From contig OY759729.1 of assembly GCA_963662585.1 (NCBI GenBank), positions 2,400,001-2,464,000 of the forward strand: a DNA stretch of 64,000 nucleotides, given 5' to 3'. A model generated the notes under the pieces. The model was not told the DNA's origin and searched no databases. It saw only the letters and a program-made list of their open reading frames with translations. Source of the stretch: Candidatus Cloacimonadales bacterium (GTDB lineage Bacteria > Cloacimonadota > Cloacimonadia > Cloacimonadales > JAFGVF01). The position numbers and the translations under genes were made by a program. Numbering within the stretch: position 1 is the first letter of the stretch; the number at the start of each line of letters is the position of its first letter. Positions 19,366-29,795 of the stretch are shown here, piece by piece.

Positions 19366-20640
19366 ATGACCGATAATAGACCTTTAGCAGAGTTAATGAG
19401 ACCCCAGAAGATTGATGAGATAATAGGACAAAAGCATTTAATTAATCAAGATTCTATGTTGCGTAAAATGATAGAAAATGATGATTTGAAATCTATGATT
19501 CTATGGGGACCTCCAGGCTGTGGGAAAACTACCATTGCTAAAATTATCGAAAACTATACCCATAAAGAGTTCATCCAATTCTCTGCTGTTTTATCTGGTA
19601 TTAAAGAAGTTAAGCAGGTAATGCAAGAGGCAGAAATGAAATTCAATCTTACACAAGAACAGACAATTCTCTTCATTGATGAGATTCATAGATTCAGTAA
19701 ATCTCAACAAGACGCCTTTCTTCCTTTCGTAGAATCTGGTACCATTATTCTTTTGGGAGCTACTACAGAAAACCCTTCATTTGAAGTAATTTCTGCTCTT
19801 CTCTCTCGCTGTAGTGTCTTTGTCTTAAATAACCTTGAAGAAGAAGATATAAGAGAAATTATTATCAAGGCACAAGAATTATATCTTCCTGAATTAAAGT
19901 CAGAAGTATTAGAATATCTTATTCAGATTAGTGGAGGAGATGGACGCAAAGCTCTAAATAACTTAGATATGCTTCGTACTTATGGTAATCTGGATAATTT
20001 AGAAGTCACTCAAGTAGAGAAGATACTACAACAGAAGAGTATGTTCTATGATAAAGGTGGGGAAGAGCATTATAATGTAATTTCAGCTTTGCATAAATCA
20101 TTAAGAGGAAGTGATCCTCAAGCTGGACTCTACTGGTTAGCTAGAATGTTAGAAGCTGGTGATGATCCCATGTATATAGTCCGTAGATTAGTAAGATTCG
20201 CTACTGAAGATATTGGTTTGGCAGACCCTAATGCTATTACTCAAGCTATTGCTTGCAAAGATGCTGTTCACTTTCTTGGTATGCCCGAAGCTAATACTGC
20301 TCTATCACAGTTAGTAGTTTATCTAGCAACTGCACCCAAGAGTAACGCGGTTTATACAGCTTATAAATCAGCCCGAGATTTAGCCAAAAACACCTCTCAT
20401 CTTGGAGTTCCAATGCATATCCGTAATGCCCCTACTAAATTGATGAAAGATCTTGGCTATAATAAAGATTATAAATATTCCCATGACTTCGATTATGGCT
20501 ATCACTATCAGAAATATTTCCCTGACCAATTAGATGAAACAACTTTCTATACTCCTTCGCAATTTGGTTTTGAGAAAGAGATTATTAAGAGATTAGAATG
20601 GTGGGATAAGCTAAAGAAGAAACAGCTGGGGGATGATTAG
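19366..20640 (+). CDS. rarA: Replication-associated recombination protein A
   Basis: [45 protein letters not shown]. Confidence 0.95.
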   Translation: MTDNRPLAELMRPQKIDEIIGQKHLINQDSMLRKMIENDDLKSMILWGPPGCGKTTIAKIIENYTHKEFIQFSAVLSGIKEVKQVMQEAEMKFNLTQEQTILFIDEIHRFSKSQQDAFLPFVESGTIILLGATTENPSFEVISALLSRCSVFVLNNLEEEDIREIIIKAQELYLPELKSEVLEYLIQISGGDGRKALNNLDMLRTYGNLDNLEVTQVEKILQQKSMFYDKGGEEHYNVISALHKSLRGSDPQAGLYWLARMLEAGDDPMYIVRRLVRFATEDIGLADPNAITQAIACKDAVHFLGMPEANTALSQLVVYLATAPKSNAVYTAYKSARDLAKNTSHLGVPMHIRNAPTKLMKDLGYNKDYKYSHDFDYGYHYQKYFPDQLDETTFYTPSQFGFEKEIIKRLEWWDKLKKKQLGDD

Positions 20641-20729
20641 TAAAAAAAAAGCTTGCCTTTTAAATATGGATTTAGAAAACTTACATGTCAAAAACTTATA
20701 AAATTTAATATAAAATAAAAGGAGATGCT

Positions 20730-22283
20730 ATGTCAGCTACCTTACAGAAAATTCAAGAGTTGAAAGCACTTGAAGCAAAAGTAGAAAAAATGGGTGGTGA
20801 TGCTCAAGTCGCCAAACAACATGCAAGTGGAAAGTTAACAGCGAGAGAGAGAATTAATCTCTTGTTTGACCAAGGAACTTTTAGAGAAATTGATAAATTT
20901 GTTACTCATCGTTGCACTAATTTCGGAATGCAAAAAGTAGATATTCCGTCTGATGGTGTAATCACAGGTCATGGTTTAGTAAATGGCAGACCTGTATTTG
21001 CTTATTCTCAAGATTTTACAGCAAGAGCGGGTTCTCTTGGTGAGATGCATGCTGCTAAAATTACAAAAGTAATGGATATGGCAATGAAATCAGGTGTTCC
21101 TGTTGTGGGTATGAATGATTCTGGTGGAGCTAGAATCCAAGAAGGAATAGATGCTTTAAAAGGTTATGGCGATATCTTCTTTAGAAACTCTAGAGCTTCT
21201 GGTGTTATCCCTCAAATCTCTTGTATAATGGGACCTTGTGCAGGTGGAGCTGTATATTCTCCTGCCATGACAGACTTTATTTATATGGTTAAAAACTCTT
21301 CTTTCATGTTTATTACTGGTCCAGATGTCATTAAAGCTGTTACTGGTGAAATGACTGATAAAGAGAGCTTAGGTGGAGCTATGGCTCATAATGAATCAAG
21401 TGGTGTTGCTCATTTCGCTTGTGAAACTGACGAAGCTGCAATTAATAGTATCAAAGAGTTATTAAGTTTTCTTCCTAATAATAATATGGAAGAAGCCCCA
21501 ATGGTGGCAACTTCAGATGCTCCAAACAGAATTTGTGAAGACTTAAATTCTATTATTCCTGATAATCCAAGCAAACCTTATGATGTTAAGGATATTATTA
21601 GAAGTATTGCTGATGATGCACATTTCTATGAACCACATGAATATTATGCTAAGAATATTGTTATTGGATTTGTCAGACTTAATGGTCGTTCAGTTGGTAT
21701 TATAGCTAATCAACCAATGGTTCTTGCTGGCTGTCTTGATATCGATGCTTCAGACAAAGCTTCTCGCTTTATTAGATTCTGTGATGCTTTTAATATCCCA
21801 ATTCTCTCTATTGTTGATGTTCCAGGCTATTTACCTGGTGTTCATCAAGAGCACAGTGGTATTATCAGACATGGTGCTAAATTACTTTGGGTATATTCTG
21901 AAGCTACAGTACCAAAATTAACTTTAGTAACTAGAAAGAATTATGGTGGTTCTTATATAGCTATGAGTTCAAGACACTTAGGTGCAGATATGGTCTTTGC
22001 TTGGCCAACTGCTGAAATAGCTGTGATGGGTGCTAAAGGTGCTGCTAATATTATCTATAGAAAAGATATTATGAATGCAGAAGACCAAAATGCTAAGAGA
22101 GCTGAGTGTATTAATGAGTATGAAGAACTTTTTAATAACCCTTTCGTAGCTGCTTCTCGTGGTTATGTAGATGCTATTATTGAACCTAAAGAGACTAGAA
22201 TGAGACTTATCGAAGCTTTAGAAATTCTTTCAACCAAGAGTGAATCACTTCCTCCTAAAAAACACGGTAATTTACCAGTATAA
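20730..22283 (+). CDS. Acyl-CoA carboxyltransferase (methylmalonyl-CoA transcarboxylase 12S-like)
   Basis: GKLTARER, DSGGARIQEG, GPCAGGAVYSPA, VDVPGYLPG, PPKKHGNLP. Confidence 0.92.
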   Translation: MSATLQKIQELKALEAKVEKMGGDAQVAKQHASGKLTARERINLLFDQGTFREIDKFVTHRCTNFGMQKVDIPSDGVITGHGLVNGRPVFAYSQDFTARAGSLGEMHAAKITKVMDMAMKSGVPVVGMNDSGGARIQEGIDALKGYGDIFFRNSRASGVIPQISCIMGPCAGGAVYSPAMTDFIYMVKNSSFMFITGPDVIKAVTGEMTDKESLGGAMAHNESSGVAHFACETDEAAINSIKELLSFLPNNNMEEAPMVATSDAPNRICEDLNSIIPDNPSKPYDVKDIIRSIADDAHFYEPHEYYAKNIVIGFVRLNGRSVGIIANQPMVLAGCLDIDASDKASRFIRFCDAFNIPILSIVDVPGYLPGVHQEHSGIIRHGAKLLWVYSEATVPKLTLVTRKNYGGSYIAMSSRHLGADMVFAWPTAEIAVMGAKGAANIIYRKDIMNAEDQNAKRAECINEYEELFNNPFVAASRGYVDAIIEPKETRMRLIEALEILSTKSESLPPKKHGNLPV

Positions 22284-22293
22284 AGAGGTATGA

Positions 22294-22491
22294 ATGAATT
22301 CTGAGAAAAAGAAAAAAGTCATTGCTGCTTTAAGTGGAGTTATGCAATATTTAGAAGAAGAAAAACAAGAGAACATTAGCATGCAGAGTGTTCAAATTCC
22401 GCATAATGTCTCTTCTGCTTGGACTTCTTATGGCAGACAAACTACAATGATGAATGCTCAAATGATGCAAAGAAGAGTTGTAAGAAGATAG
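22294..22491 (+). CDS. Small epsilon-like accessory subunit of the carboxyltransferase
   Basis: 65 aa; KVIAALSGVMQYL...SAWTSYGRQ pattern; lies between the 12S- and 5S-like genes. Confidence 0.65.
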   Translation: MNSEKKKKVIAALSGVMQYLEEEKQENISMQSVQIPHNVSSAWTSYGRQTTMMNAQMMQRRVVRR

Positions 22492-22541
22492 ATTTTAATA
22501 AAATATAGTAAAAAATAAAAGATATATAGATCGGAGGATTT

Positions 22542-24833
22542 ATGATGTTAGATACTCATGGCGTAGTTAAAATGACTGAAATGAAGTATGGACAAGATCG
22601 CCCTCAGGCATCAAATCCAATCAAGATTCAAGACCTCTCTTTCCGTGATGGTCACCAATCACTTTTCGCAACTAGAGGTAGAACTGAAGATTTACTCACT
22701 ATTGCTGAAAAAATAGATAAAGCAGGTTTTTACTCAATGGAAGTTTGGGGTGGTGCTACTTTTGATGTAATGCACAGATACCTTAATGAAGACCCTTGGG
22801 AAAGAATCAGAACCCTGAAAAAACATATTAAGAATACAAAATTCTCTATGCTCTTAAGAGGACAAAACCTAGTTGGTTACAGAAACTACGCAGATGATGT
22901 AGTGGAAGCATTTGTTCAAAGAGCATGTGATAATGGCATAGATATTTTTAGAGTATTCGATGCTCTTAATGATTTTAGAAACTTTGAAGTAGCTCATAAA
23001 ATAATCAAAAAGAATAATAAACACTTCCAAGGAACAATTTGCTATTCTCTAACTGAAATGAGAATGGGTGGAGATGTTTATAATTTAGATTATTATATTA
23101 ACAAAGCTAAAGAGTTAGATAAAATGGGTGTTGATTCTATCTGCATCAAAGATATGGCTGGATTAGTTTCTCCTTATGATGCTTATAATTTAATAAAGGC
23201 ACTTAAAGAGACTGTTAGTGTACCTATAAATCTTCATACTCACTTTACTTCGGGTATGGGTGATTTAGCTATCTTTAAGGCAATTGAAGCAGGTGTGGAT
23301 ATAATCGATACATGTATGGCTCCTTTTGCTTACAGAACTTCTCATGCCGCAGTAGAGCCTATCGTGGTTTCTCTACTTGGAACAAATAGAGATACTGGAA
23401 TGGATATTAAACTCCTAAGTGAAATCGACAAAGATATCGAAAAGTTTATTCCTAAATATAAACACTTAGCTGATGATACTAAATTCTCAGTTATTGACCC
23501 TGAAGTTATTATTCATCAAACTCCTGGTGGAATGCTGTCAAATTTAGTTAATCAATTAAGACAGATGGATGCTCTTGATAAGATAGATGAAGTCTTCAAA
23601 AAGCTTCCTGAAGTTCGTAAAGACCTCGGGACTGTTCCATTAGTTACTCCTACAAGTCAAATCGTAGGAATTCAGACAGTGAACAATGTTCTTTTTGACG
23701 GTGATGGTGAGAGATATCAAAGATTTACTGAACAAGTAAAAGACCTTTGCTATGGACTTTATGGTCAGACAACTTTGCCTATGAATCCAGAAGTTAGAGC
23801 TAAAGCACTAAAAGGTTATCCACGCGGTGAAAAACCTATTGATGTTCGTCCTGGTGCTATCTTAGAACCAGAATTAGCTGATATTCAAGCTTCTGTAAAA
23901 GGACTTGCTAAAGATCTTGATGATGAATTAATCGTAGCTCTTTATCCTGTTACTGGTAAGAGATTTTTAGAATGGAAGTATGGTTTAAAAGAAGTTCCTG
24001 AAGATGTTAAGCCTAAAACAATGGATCAAGTTAATGCTGAACAAGACTTAGTTAAAAAAGCTCTTTCCGGAGAGTTAACAGCTAAAAAACCTAGCCCAGA
24101 CAAACCTGAAAACTTACGCAAATTTGATGTCTATGTAGATGGTGAATATTTCGAAGTTGAAGTTAATGCTGAAGGTGGAATGAGTGCAGCTCCTGCTGGA
24201 TCTTATGTTCAACCAAGACCTCAAGTGGTCAGACCTGCTGCTCCTCAAGCTCAAGCTACTCCACAAGCAGTTGTCCAAGCTCCAGTTCAAGCTGTAGCTG
24301 GTGGTGAACAGGTAATTAAATCACCAATGCCAGGAATGGTTTCTAACTACAAAGTAGCTGTTGGTGATCATGTTAAAAAAGGCGATACTGTTCTTATTCT
24401 TGAAGCTATGAAGATGGAAAATAATATTCCTTCTCCATGTGATGGTGTGATCAAAAGTATTCCTAAGAGTTCAGGGGATAGTGTTGGTAAAGATGAAATA
24501 CTCATCGTTATCGGACAAGAAGCAGTAGCACCTCAACCTGTAGCTCAAGCCCAGCCACAAACACAAACTCAGGCACAGGCACAGCCACAAGCTCAAGCTA
24601 CTCCTGTAGCAACAGCAAATGGAACTCCTGTTAAAGCTCCAATGCCGGGTATGGTAATGGCTTATAAGGTGAAAGTTGGTGACCAAGTTAATAAAGGTGA
24701 TGTTGTTCTTGTTCTTGAAGCTATGAAAATGGAAAATAATATCCCTTCACCTGTTAGTGGAAAAGTTCTTCAAATTACTAAATCATCAGGCGATTCAGTC
24801 GGTAAAGATGAAGTAATGATTGTGATTGGATAA
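22542..24833 (+). CDS. Pyruvate/oxaloacetate carboxyltransferase (5S-like) fused to two biotinyl domains
   Basis: RDGHQSL, WGGATFD, MLLRGQNLVGY, IKDMAG, HTH, PGGM, LVTPTSQIVG; two EAMKMEN motifs separated by A/Q/P linkers. Confidence 0.92.
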   Translation: MMLDTHGVVKMTEMKYGQDRPQASNPIKIQDLSFRDGHQSLFATRGRTEDLLTIAEKIDKAGFYSMEVWGGATFDVMHRYLNEDPWERIRTLKKHIKNTKFSMLLRGQNLVGYRNYADDVVEAFVQRACDNGIDIFRVFDALNDFRNFEVAHKIIKKNNKHFQGTICYSLTEMRMGGDVYNLDYYINKAKELDKMGVDSICIKDMAGLVSPYDAYNLIKALKETVSVPINLHTHFTSGMGDLAIFKAIEAGVDIIDTCMAPFAYRTSHAAVEPIVVSLLGTNRDTGMDIKLLSEIDKDIEKFIPKYKHLADDTKFSVIDPEVIIHQTPGGMLSNLVNQLRQMDALDKIDEVFKKLPEVRKDLGTVPLVTPTSQIVGIQTVNNVLFDGDGERYQRFTEQVKDLCYGLYGQTTLPMNPEVRAKALKGYPRGEKPIDVRPGAILEPELADIQASVKGLAKDLDDELIVALYPVTGKRFLEWKYGLKEVPEDVKPKTMDQVNAEQDLVKKALSGELTAKKPSPDKPENLRKFDVYVDGEYFEVEVNAEGGMSAAPAGSYVQPRPQVVRPAAPQAQATPQAVVQAPVQAVAGGEQVIKSPMPGMVSNYKVAVGDHVKKGDTVLILEAMKMENNIPSPCDGVIKSIPKSSGDSVGKDEILIVIGQEAVAPQPVAQAQPQTQTQAQAQPQAQATPVATANGTPVKAPMPGMVMAYKVKVGDQVNKGDVVLVLEAMKMENNIPSPVSGKVLQITKSSGDSVGKDEVMIVIG

Positions 24834-24864
24834 TAAGTAAACTAGTTTAAGTAAGATAATTTAT

Positions 24865-24899
24865 GCCTTGCAGAGGGAAAGCTTTTGCAAGGCTTTTTT
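24865..24899 (+). terminator. Intrinsic terminator
   Basis: gccttgcagag-ggaaag-cttttgcaaggc followed by tttttt. Confidence 0.8.
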
Positions 24900-25013
24900 G
24901 GTATTTGGAATTGGCTGTAATAAATGCTACTAATTTGTTACCTCAATTAGGCAATGGCTTCAGAAAAATATTGACAGTCTTAGCTATTAGCAAGTTTTTG
25001 CTAAATTAAACCC

Positions 25014-25178
25014 AATAATGCAGTAGATCTTTTAGAATAGCACTATATTAATTTGCTAATGCATTTTACATAATTTCTCAGAGTATATATATATTATACG
25101 CTGATAAATTCAGTAAAAGCTTTATCTAAAAGAATCTGCACTCTTCTGTAAAACTCTACTGCACCATTCGGTTGAAAG
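25014..25178 (+). repeat. Diverged direct repeat of 25731-25870 (includes MATE stop region)
   Basis: About 70-75% identity by eye; shared blocks atagcactatatt and ctaaaagaatctgc. Confidence 0.75.
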
Positions 25179-25202
25179 AATATAAAAATATAGGAGAATA
25201 TT

Positions 25203-25598
25203 ATGGATAAATTAAATGATGTAGTTGCAAGTATGAACTTCGCGTTTATGGCATCAGGCACTAATAAGGTTTCAGCTGCAAACTTCTTAAATGAAAAGGA
25301 ATCTCTCTTCGTAGATATCAGGTGTAGGGAAGAGGTAGAGACAATATCGTTAAACTTGAAACATCACATGCAATCAATCAATATTCCTTTTCATGAATTC
25401 CCTACGAGAATTAATGAACTTCCTAAAGACAGAAGAATAGGTCTTTTTTGTTCTGGAGGTGTTCGTATTGCTATGGCTTACTTATATCTTAGAACCGCAG
25501 GATATAATAATGTAGTTATGATCTCAGGTGGACTTGAGGCTATTGTTCCTGAACTTAAACCAGGTAAAGTATTTAATAAAATAAACTTTAGTAAATAA
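25203..25598 (+). CDS. Rhodanese-like domain protein
   Basis: VDIRCREE, INIPF, FCSGGVR, GYNNV...GG. Confidence 0.88.
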   Translation: MDKLNDVVASMNFAFMASGTNKVSAANFLNEKESLFVDIRCREEVETISLNLKHHMQSINIPFHEFPTRINELPKDRRIGLFCSGGVRIAMAYLYLRTAGYNNVVMISGGLEAIVPELKPGKVFNKINFSK

Positions 25599-25658
25599 AG
25601 ACCATTATCATTTTAGCTGCCATATTTATGTTTATTAATGCCTTTATGAAATAAAGTA

Positions 25659-25680
25659 TGGGGAAGTGAAAGCTTCCCCA
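25659..25680. terminator. Hairpin between convergent genes
   Basis: tggggaag-tgaaag-cttcccca. Confidence 0.65.
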
Positions 25681-25847
25681 ATTCTAACTTGTTTATGATA
25701 ATCTATTTCCAACTTTCTAATTTAAGTCCAAATAATTTAGCAGATTCTTGAGTATAGCACTATATTCTTTTGCAAAAGTAACTTCTATAATTCTTCCAAA
25801 TTCTGTAAGCTATATTGCTAAAAGAATCTGCTCTCTTCTCTAAAGCT

Positions 25848-27218
25848 CTACTCCACTGTTGGGGTTAAAGCTAACACTCTCTCTCTTATATTATAATTTT
25901 TCATTTCATAATAGATCATACTAATAGCTATTAAACAGGCAATTCCGTCAGCAATGGGAGTAGCAAGCCATACACCATCTATTCCTAAATAATGAGGGAG
26001 GATAAATAAGGCTGGTAAGAAAATTACGACTTTTCTTAAAAGATTCAAGGTTATAGCTTGCTTTGCTTTTCCAACAGCCTGATAATACATGGCAGACATC
26101 ATGTGTATTCCTACAAGGGGTAATAGAAAGAGATATATTTTTAATCCATTAGCTCCCATTTTTACTAATTCGGGGTCTCCTTTACTGAACATACCAATTA
26201 AGTTATCTCCTAAGAAAAAGACGATAGTCAGTCCTATTACCGAAATCACTAATGAATAAATATAGGAAGCTTTTAAAAGAGTAATTACTCTATCATGAAG
26301 CTTAGCTCCATAGTTATAACCTATAACAGGTTGAGCTCCCATCATAAGTCCTCTTAGGGGAGTTTCAAACATAACAAAGATGCTCTGAATTGCTCCAAAA
26401 GCACCAATAGCCATGCTTCCACCCGTTGCTAACAAGGCTCTGTTAGAAAAAACTGCAACAAGTGTGGTAGCTAAGTTCATAGAAAAAGGAGATAATCCAA
26501 TTGCTAACATAGGCTTAAAAATATGCCATTTAGGAAGCATATATTTCTTGTAAAGTGTTAAATGTCTGCTTTTTCCTTTGGTGAAGTGATAGATCACCAT
26601 GCCCATTGTTACTAATCTTGATAGTGATGTAGCCATTGCCACACCTTGAACCCCTAGATTGAAGACAAATAAGAAAAGTGGATCAAGTATGATATTCATT
26701 ACAGTACCGATTATGGCAATTTTCATGGCAAGATTTGGATTTCCTTCACTTCTAATTGCCCCATTAGTACCCATAGCTAGAAAGTCAGAAGCCATGAAGG
26801 GTAAAAACCAAATTAAGTAGTTGTAGGCGTAGGGCAGAGTAATATCTGTAGCACCAACTAAATATAAGATAGGTTTTAAGAAGGTAATTCCTAGAGTCGT
26901 AACAACAACTCCGGCTATCATGAAGAGTCCAAATACATTACCAAGAGTTTCTTCAGCTTCAGCTTTTCTACCTTCACCTAATCTAATAGATATAATTGAA
27001 GAAGCGCCATTACTGACTAATACCGCAATGGCTATGGACAAAATGAATACTGGGAAAGTTAGGGTAATACCTGCTAAGGCCTCAGTTCCTAAACCTTTGC
27101 CAATATATATTCTATCTACAATATTATACAAGGCTTGCACTGAAGTAGCAATAACTGCTGGTATGGAATAGTTTAACAATAATTTCCAGGGATTTGTTTT
27201 GGTAAATACTTCTCTCAT
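25848..27218 (-). CDS. MATE family efflux transporter
   Basis: LYNIVDRIYIG, IRSEG, NIILDPLF, QPVIGYNYGA; about 12 TM. Confidence 0.93.
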   Translation of the reverse strand: MREVFTKTNPWKLLLNYSIPAVIATSVQALYNIVDRIYIGKGLGTEALAGITLTFPVFILSIAIAVLVSNGASSIISIRLGEGRKAEAEETLGNVFGLFMIAGVVVTTLGITFLKPILYLVGATDITLPYAYNYLIWFLPFMASDFLAMGTNGAIRSEGNPNLAMKIAIIGTVMNIILDPLFLFVFNLGVQGVAMATSLSRLVTMGMVIYHFTKGKSRHLTLYKKYMLPKWHIFKPMLAIGLSPFSMNLATTLVAVFSNRALLATGGSMAIGAFGAIQSIFVMFETPLRGLMMGAQPVIGYNYGAKLHDRVITLLKASYIYSLVISVIGLTIVFFLGDNLIGMFSKGDPELVKMGANGLKIYLFLLPLVGIHMMSAMYYQAVGKAKQAITLNLLRKVVIFLPALFILPHYLGIDGVWLATPIADGIACLIAISMIYYEMKNYNIRERVLALTPTVE

Positions 27219-27240
27219 AAAGTTATAATTTCTCTTTTTT

Positions 27241-27798
27241 TTATTTGAATAATATTAAGCTTGTAAGATCTTCAACAGACATTTGAGCTACATCTTTGTC
27301 CCAATGTGCTCTACCTATTAAAGTATGAATAAGTAACTCTGTAAGTTGCATTAGACTATAAGAATCTCTTACAATACCCTTATCAATACCAATTTGAATA
27401 ATTCTAGCGAAAGCTAATCTAAGGGCTTCTCTATTATGAAACATTCTCTCTTTTCTAGCTTTGGTCATAATTTTCGTTCTCCGCCCTAACTCCTGTAATA
27501 CTCTGATTACAGCTTCTCTTTTCTCAAAAAAAACGCTTAACTTCTTAGCTACACAAAAAATAACTTCCTTAATATCGACGCCTTCTGTGTCTATGCTATT
27601 TATCTCTTGGGTAAAAGCTTCTAAACCATGCATAGAAAGCTCATAAAACATTTCATCTTTACTTTTAAAATAAGTGTAGATACTACCTTTGCCAATTTTG
27701 CACTTTTTTGCTATATCTTCTATTGTAACTTCGTGATATCTTTTAGTTTTTATAATATCTTCTAATGCATTAAGAATTAATATCTTCTTGTCTAACAT
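27241..27798 (-). CDS. TetR/AcrR regulator
   Basis: VTIEDIAKKCKIGKGSIYTYFKSKDEM; AGGAG RBS before the ATG at 27798. Confidence 0.92.
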   Translation of the reverse strand: MLDKKILILNALEDIIKTKRYHEVTIEDIAKKCKIGKGSIYTYFKSKDEMFYELSMHGLEAFTQEINSIDTEGVDIKEVIFCVAKKLSVFFEKREAVIRVLQELGRRTKIMTKARKERMFHNREALRLAFARIIQIGIDKGIVRDSYSLMQLTELLIHTLIGRAHWDKDVAQMSVEDLTSLILFK

Positions 27799-27818
27799 AT
27801 CGTAACTCCTATTATAGA

Positions 27819-27832
27819 ACTGACTGGTCAAT
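27819..27832. promoter_or_regulatory. Possible TetR operator
   Basis: actgactggtcaat quasi-palindrome between the minus-strand TTGACA promoter (27853-27858) and the tetR RBS. Confidence 0.45.
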
Positions 27833-28067
27833 ACTATAATTGCTCATTAACTTGTCAAGTATAAATTATTCGCAACTTCTCTTCTTCTTCTTTTTCTTTG
27901 TACTTCCCTTGCTCCTTCTCATTGAACACAAAGATTAATTGAATTTCATCTGTGATGACAGTAGAGGAACAGGTAGGAAGGAGCAAAGAATCATTAAGAA
28001 ATAAAATGAAAAGTGGTTATTTATCGAAGATTGCTTATCTTTTGATAAAAATCTCAATGGAGAAAAC

Positions 28068-28631
28068 ATGAGCACAAAAGTACATGAAACTATATTAAAT
28101 AGAAGATCAACTAGAATTTATGACGAAAGACAACTAAGCGATTCTGAAGTTAAACAGATTATCGAAGCAGGACTCTATGCGCCGAGTGCTCATAATTGCC
28201 AATCATGGCATTTTACAGTAATTCAAAATAGAGATCTAATTGTTAAGTTGAGTCAAGAATCAAAAAATGTTCTCAAAGGACACCCAGATGAAACTTTCCA
28301 GAAAATGGCTAATAACCCTAACTTCAATATTTTCTATAATGCACCAACAGTAGTCTTAGTCTCCGGAGATGAGAAGGGTATGCTAGCTGAAACAAATTGT
28401 GCAGCAGCTACCCAAAATATGTTATTAGCAGCAGAAAGCTTAAATATTGGATCTTGCTGGATTGGATTAGTTGCCTTTGCTTTTGGTGGGGAAAATGGAG
28501 ATACCCTGAAAGAAGATCTAAAAATTCCTAAAGATTTTAAACCTTATTATGCTGTTTCTTTAGGTTATAAGAAAATCCCAAATGGAAAAGCTCCCCAAAG
28601 AAAAGAAAATTGTGTGAATTATATTAGATAA
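28068..28631 (+). CDS. Nitroreductase family
   Basis: RRSTRIY, APSAHNCQSWHF, QNMLLAAESLNIGSCWIG. Confidence 0.92.
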   Translation: MSTKVHETILNRRSTRIYDERQLSDSEVKQIIEAGLYAPSAHNCQSWHFTVIQNRDLIVKLSQESKNVLKGHPDETFQKMANNPNFNIFYNAPTVVLVSGDEKGMLAETNCAAATQNMLLAAESLNIGSCWIGLVAFAFGGENGDTLKEDLKIPKDFKPYYAVSLGYKKIPNGKAPQRKENCVNYIR

Positions 28632-28778
28632 ATTCTCATTAAGTAAGAAGGCTACTTTCTAGACAAGATAGCAAGTTGTTTCTTATCAAAATAGTGAAGT
28701 CTTCTTACTTGCTCTTTAGTTTAAACTGAGAGCATTTTCCCCAAAAATCTACTTGTAAGGGACAATTCTTAAATTTAT

Positions 28779-29351
28779 CTATTTTTTTGGTAGTTCAAAG
28801 ACTATTGCTTTATTTGTAATTTCTTCCTCTTCAAATAAAAAATCAGGTATGAAATCAAACAACATCTGCATGGTTATCTCATGAAAGAAGTCCCCGACCT
28901 TCTCAGAAAGGTTAACGAAATCCTCAAATCTCTTTCTAAAAACTTCCACAAGACTATTTTGATGAAGATAACTTAAGCAATCGTATAACATAGAGTGAAT
29001 ACTGGTAAGAATCTTGGAATCATAATCACCCATTTCTACAGAATAATCTGTACCAACCTCTATATAAATAATCATTAAATCTGCAATCAAGATAGGATTA
29101 GGCTTGAATTTTTTAAAATCTGAAATAGCTTTCTTACCATTAATAAGTCTAACTTTATAGCCTTGTTTAGGGTAAAATGCTTCAACTACTTTCTTTACAT
29201 ATATTTTCCAAAGCTTTTCTTCATCTGGTTCTAACCAGTATTCCAAATATTCCTTAACAGGCTTATTCTTTTTATATAGGTCACTTATGAGCATGATTAG
29301 TTCATCTTTTTTCAGTGTTTTAAGCTTAATTTTAACTTCTTTTAATCCCAT
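28779..29351 (-). CDS. Hypothetical helical protein (DUF6155-like)
   Basis: LK.L.KDELI.LISDLYKKN...KKAISDFKK pattern, recognised from memory only. Confidence 0.6.
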   Translation of the reverse strand: MGLKEVKIKLKTLKKDELIMLISDLYKKNKPVKEYLEYWLEPDEEKLWKIYVKKVVEAFYPKQGYKVRLINGKKAISDFKKFKPNPILIADLMIIYIEVGTDYSVEMGDYDSKILTSIHSMLYDCLSYLHQNSLVEVFRKRFEDFVNLSEKVGDFFHEITMQMLFDFIPDFLFEEEEITNKAIVFELPKK

Positions 29352-29425
29352 GATATCTCCAGCTAATTTTTAATTATAAGATAATTTTAACACTTGGTGA
29401 GATTATGTAAAGGGAAAAATTAATA

Positions 29426-29567
29426 TTTTAAATGCATAAGAAAGAAGTTATAGTGTTCAAAATGTTAGAAATGAAGTGATATTCTTAAGATTTAACGCTT
29501 GATTATGGACTGCAGGCATCTCTGCCTTCAGAGATTCAAGATTAGACTGAATACACTTTTGTGGAAG
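29426..29567 (+). repeat. ~141-bp direct repeat of 41942-42083
   Basis: ttttaaatgcataagaaagaagttatagtgttcaaaatgttagaaatgaagtga...ggactgcaggcatctctgcc...tggaag; about 90% identical. Confidence 0.9.
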
Positions 29568-29747
29568 TAAAAACGATTCCACTCCATAAAAAATCCCAGT
29601 CTTTATCTTTATTTTAAAGAAACCAGCACCTAACACTTCCCAAGCACTATTTGATACATACTAATCTTCAGAACCGTGAAAAATAGCATTAGAATTCTTC
29701 ATGTCTGCAGTAGTTTGATCTGTGAAAATACACAGTCCTAAAATAAG

Positions 29748-29784
29748 AAAGCACCTAAGAACATTCTTAGGTGCTTAACAATAT
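29748..29784. terminator. Terminator, repeated at 38184-38220 (34/37 identical)
   Basis: aaagcacctaagaa-c-attcttaggtgct. Confidence 0.85.
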
Positions 29785-29795
29785 CTTCTGTTATC

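Noticed and set aside
24540..24610. Low-complexity QA/QT repeat as a contingency locus
   Set aside because: Codons vary; it is a flexible linker between biotinyl domains.
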